Of a stretch of DNA of 47,281 nt, positions 43,969-47,281 are shown in pieces (position 1 is the first letter of the stretch; each line of letters opens with the position of its first letter). Source of the stretch: a virus (Duplodnaviria; Caudoviricetes); IMG/VR virus record IMGVR_UViG_3300010234_000017, positions 1 through 47,281 of that record, one strand, 5' to 3'. The notes below the pieces were generated by a model. It worked only from the letters and a program-made list of their open reading frames with translations. It did no database searches and had not been told where the DNA came from. Position numbers and translations under genes: made by a program.

Positions 43969-44785
43969 AGAAATACTTATTACTATTAGGCTTTTCTTTA
44001 TGGCTTAAATAAAAGGATGATAATCTTTTAGCAAGCATACTAGCTCCAATAGCCTCTGTATTTCCCCCTCTGTTTACTAAGAACTCGTGGTAATTTAACA
44101 AAATAGATTTAAGTTTTGGTATATTATCCCCAATTTCATCAATATGTTCAAAGGTATTACTCTTTGCATACTTAATAATAGTATTAAGAATCATAATCCA
44201 ATTCTTAATATCTTCACTATTATAAGTAGAGTCCATGAACCTAAATTCTAAGGTACCTAGAGTACTTACAGTAGCTAGATTACAAGCTGCATATTTAAAT
44301 TTACCTGTATCGAAAAATTTAAACCAACGGTTTTTATCTATGTTATCCATAATTGAATAATACATATATTCTGCATCTTCCATAGACAGACAAAATAGAT
44401 TGCCTTTTCTATAAGGATTATTTGCAGAGATTAGATACTTTTCAAAATAAGAATAAAGTAAGACTATTTTTAAAATTTCTTCTTGGGTACAATCCAATAC
44501 ATTAAAATGAATATGTAGACCAGTTCTAGAAGATACCTCAGGTTTATAACCATTTAAAGAGTTATCAAAAGACTTCATTAATTCACTAAGATCAGAGATA
44601 TTAGTGGGGTATGATACATACTCTAACCCATCTCTTAAAGAGTCCTCGAATGTAATTTTCCAACCCTGAATATTTTTTTCAGCAAAATCCCCAAAATCTA
44701 AATTTTCTAGTTCAACCTCGATACCAAAATCTTTGGTTACATTAGAATTTACAAAAGATTTAACTTTACATTTCGATGTGAGCAT
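43949..44785 (-). CDS. Putative amidoligase (COOH-NH2 ligase, Amidoligase_2 type)
   Basis: FGIEVELE, DSLRDG.EYVS.P, RTGLHIH, KYAACN, GTLEFR. Confidence 0.9.
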   Translation of the reverse strand: MLTSKCKVKSFVNSNVTKDFGIEVELENLDFGDFAEKNIQGWKITFEDSLRDGLEYVSYPTNISDLSELMKSFDNSLNGYKPEVSSRTGLHIHFNVLDCTQEEILKIVLLYSYFEKYLISANNPYRKGNLFCLSMEDAEYMYYSIMDNIDKNRWFKFFDTGKFKYAACNLATVSTLGTLEFRFMDSTYNSEDIKNWIMILNTIIKYAKSNTFEHIDEIGDNIPKLKSILLNYHEFLVNRGGNTEAIGASMLAKRLSSFYLSHKEKPNSNKYFFVDYCE

Positions 44786-45368
44786 AACCTAATCCTTCAA
44801 ATTGTTTTCTAACTTCACCTAACCCTTTAATACTTTTATTGTAAGTCCAATAAATTGATTTACTGTCGTTAATATACCCAATTCGGTAATACTTCCAAAC
44901 AATAACATAACCATTATCTTTTTTAAGTAAGGCTAAATCACGATTGAGAATAAGAGAACCTTCTTTTTTACCTATATCTAAAAAATTATCATACTCTTCA
45001 TATAAATAAGGTGCTAAGCTTTTGAAATTAAAATCTAGGGTTTTTGTTGTCTCATCTTTTGGTGAATAGCCTATAGTATTATAATAAACTATTCCTGCTT
45101 TCTGCTTTCTGGCAGGAAATCTCATTAGATAATGTATATCAGATTGCTGAAACCTAACAAAACCTAATTTTGGAGAAGACACGTCCAATAAAGGAGACTC
45201 ACATTCAATATTAGTACTTTCAAACTTCCCTTTCCCTTTATAAATAACACCATATGCATTCTTATTTTCAGTACTATTAACAATAAAAGGATATCCATCT
45301 AATGTAACGATGGAACCTTGTAGTCTCATATAAGCATCACTATTGGTTAGATACCTTTGAAAAGACAT
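44766..45368 (-). CDS. Hypothetical protein within the amidoligase cluster
   Basis: 200 aa, overlapping both neighbours; PKLGFV, RFPARKQKAG. Confidence 0.75.
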   Translation of the reverse strand: MSFQRYLTNSDAYMRLQGSIVTLDGYPFIVNSTENKNAYGVIYKGKGKFESTNIECESPLLDVSSPKLGFVRFQQSDIHYLMRFPARKQKAGIVYYNTIGYSPKDETTKTLDFNFKSLAPYLYEEYDNFLDIGKKEGSLILNRDLALLKKDNGYVIVWKYYRIGYINDSKSIYWTYNKSIKGLGEVRKQFEGLGYAHIEM

Positions 45369-46179
45369 TTTCGAAACCTTTCTGTTCTAAGTATGTAATA
45401 TGATCTTTAACCTTGTCTTCACTAACATCACCTAAGAATGTCTCAGGTGAGTAAGGTGCATCATCCCATAGGTTAACACCTTGAGTATAGTAATCCATAG
45501 TCTTAATAGTGTTGTTATAGATCAATTCAATGATAGGATCACTGTCTAAGAAAGCATTACTTAAAGGACGATACTCTACCCCATAAGACTTAGGACGAAA
45601 AGCCCCCATTTGTCCATACAAGGTACGACGTTTCTTATCTGTATCCCACACAAGGGAGGGTACAAACAAGGTACAATCTAGGTTTCGAATAATCTTCGCA
45701 CAATTCTCAAAGTGAGTAGCATTATTAATGTCATATACATCACCTAACCCAATATGAATGTGCCCACCACCTGTACGGAAAGGCTCCTTAGTCTCTGGTG
45801 GAGTATTTTGCTTCATAGAGTATGCATTAAAATCTGGCATACAACCAAGCAACACAGCTTCAGGAGGTAGATTATTGAAATACTCTTCTGTAAATGTTGC
45901 AGTAGGTGTAGCTGTCAAGAAAGCATCAGGGTGAGTTTCTTGGATATAACTTTCCATAAAACTCCGAGTACTCTTAATAAAACTAAGGAACTCTTCTTTA
46001 TTAGATGCTGGCTTAATATTAAACTCAGCTGCAACACCGTCAACCTGTACAGCACCATCACCTACAAAGTAAGGAGAATCTTTATCCCCTACTAGACAGT
46101 CATGAGCACTTAGAAAGTTACCAGTCTTCTTGTCTTTGATAAACAATTCTGGGTCAGCCCCAATTAAAAAATTAGTCAT
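45340..46179 (-). CDS. phiEco32-like COOH-NH2 ligase type 2
   Basis: IGADPELF, QVDGVAAEFN, GCMPDFNAY, RTGGGHIH, YGQMGAFRPKSYGVEYRPLSN. Confidence 0.93.
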   Translation of the reverse strand: MTNFLIGADPELFIKDKKTGNFLSAHDCLVGDKDSPYFVGDGAVQVDGVAAEFNIKPASNKEEFLSFIKSTRSFMESYIQETHPDAFLTATPTATFTEEYFNNLPPEAVLLGCMPDFNAYSMKQNTPPETKEPFRTGGGHIHIGLGDVYDINNATHFENCAKIIRNLDCTLFVPSLVWDTDKKRRTLYGQMGAFRPKSYGVEYRPLSNAFLDSDPIIELIYNNTIKTMDYYTQGVNLWDDAPYSPETFLGDVSEDKVKDHITYLEQKGFENVFSKVSNQ

Positions 46180-46931
46180 TTATTAAACCTTTTTACAAAT
46201 TCAATTTTGGAAAGATACTCATTATCTTTTAAGTCACTGTAGTCAATCTTGGCTTTTTCTTCATCAGTGAAAATGTCAGCCATTTCCTTTCGGTTATATG
46301 CTGTCCGTTCACCCCAAGTACCACCAGTCAAGTCTCTAGTATTACCTTTATAGAAACGAGAGATATTACTAAATGGAGACATGCAGTAATTATTAATACT
46401 ACCATACCTATGCCACGTTTTATGTACAAATAGGTGTGCTGCAATTTGGTCAATCACTTCAATATCTGAATCAAAGCACACTTTAATATTATACTCGATA
46501 TTAATCAAACATTTTAGAAGATTTACAAGAACTGTAGGCTCAAAATTACCATTAGTAAGTAGGAGAGATGGTCTCGTATCGTCATCTAGGAAATAAGTAT
46601 TCCCCAAAGGTAATCCATTTTTCCAAGGAGACTTAATTGGATCAAACACCAACTTTAGAACCTCTCTTGGCATATCACGAAGATGTGCTAATGATATAAT
46701 CAAACCAACTGGCTTACCTTCTGGTAAAGTTTGGGTAAGATCACTAGGTTTCTCTGTATCTGGATCAGTTGATTTTGTACCATAGTCTCGGAGTTCACCA
46801 TAACAAGGTCTACCATATCTAGGATGATAGGAAACCACATTACCATTTTTTAAGGCAACGACATAGGTGTATTTACTATTTGCACTAAAAGTTGGAATAA
46901 ATTGTTTTAGGATAGTGTTTTTGTTAGCCAT
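46176..46931 (-). CDS. Hypothetical protein within the amidoligase cluster
   Basis: 251 aa, AAGGAG RBS, ATGA coupling. Confidence 0.75.
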   Translation of the reverse strand: MANKNTILKQFIPTFSANSKYTYVVALKNGNVVSYHPRYGRPCYGELRDYGTKSTDPDTEKPSDLTQTLPEGKPVGLIISLAHLRDMPREVLKLVFDPIKSPWKNGLPLGNTYFLDDDTRPSLLLTNGNFEPTVLVNLLKCLINIEYNIKVCFDSDIEVIDQIAAHLFVHKTWHRYGSINNYCMSPFSNISRFYKGNTRDLTGGTWGERTAYNRKEMADIFTDEEKAKIDYSDLKDNEYLSKIEFVKRFNK

Positions 46932-46943
46932 ATTTTTCTCCTT

Positions 46944-47220
46944 TTACGAATAGCCATAGTTCCATTGTCTATACTTAGGTACAGGTTTATTATCTTTAAT
47001 ATTTGTAAGGTCCACATACTTAATATTATCTGTAGGATCACCTTTATCTACATTAAATTTTAGTAGGATATTAGGCTTCAAGGTAAAGATACCATCACCT
47101 ACATAATCTACTAAGTCTTTATTAGCTTCTGACCAAACTTTAGTCCTATTCTTAGCAGCATAGAAATAACTATTTTTAGCCATAGCAAAATCAAGAGTGG
47201 CCTTATCAGAAGACCAGAAC
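46944..47220 (-). CDS. Class II glutamine amidotransferase, C-terminal part (continuation of 1..533)
   Basis: In frame with 1..533 across the circular junction (RNSMRPLHFGFSHPSGLFWSSDK). Confidence 0.8.
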
Positions 47221-47281
47221 AATCCCTAAGGATGGGAAAACCCAAAATGCAAAGGCCTCATTGAATTACGAATAAAACAAA
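47221..47281. repeat. Terminal overlap (assembly circularity), right copy
   Basis: 60/61 identity with 1-61. Confidence 0.9.

Overview
The window is an apparently complete, circularly permuted, AT-rich (roughly 35% GC by eye) podovirus genome of about 47.2 kb; bases 1-61 recur at 47221-47281 with one mismatch. It has two arms that diverge from a non-coding control/terminus region (about 5170-5710) and converge on a bidirectional terminator (about 28011-28054). The + arm carries tRNA-Trp and tRNA-Thr, terS, a beta-helix tailspike, terL, portal, scaffold, capsid, GH19 lysin, tail tube and ejection proteins. The - arm carries early small genes, tRNA-Arg, a phiEco32/LUZ24-type amidoligase cluster with duplicated GATase and GGCT genes, primase-helicase, family A DNA polymerase, SSB, nucleases, nucleotide enzymes and class II RNR. 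I recognise no RNA polymerase, integrase or repressor, so it is probably virulent and uses host sigma70 promoters, three of which are near-consensus. DUF1127, the GH19 lysin style and the ClpP-like membrane protein suggest an alphaproteobacterial host (inference). The most notable unexplained elements are: (i) a densely base-paired ~520-nt non-coding segment (4438-4957) whose G-U pairs mostly favour a minus-strand RNA, directly upstream of a 190-aa early gene; (ii) the expanded nine-gene peptide/amide-ligase cluster; (iii) a phage-borne DUF1127 small protein missed by the ORF track; (iv) tRNAs with non-canonical stems; (v) a G-quadruplex motif and palindromes at the likely genome end. All family calls are by motif recognition only; no searches were run.
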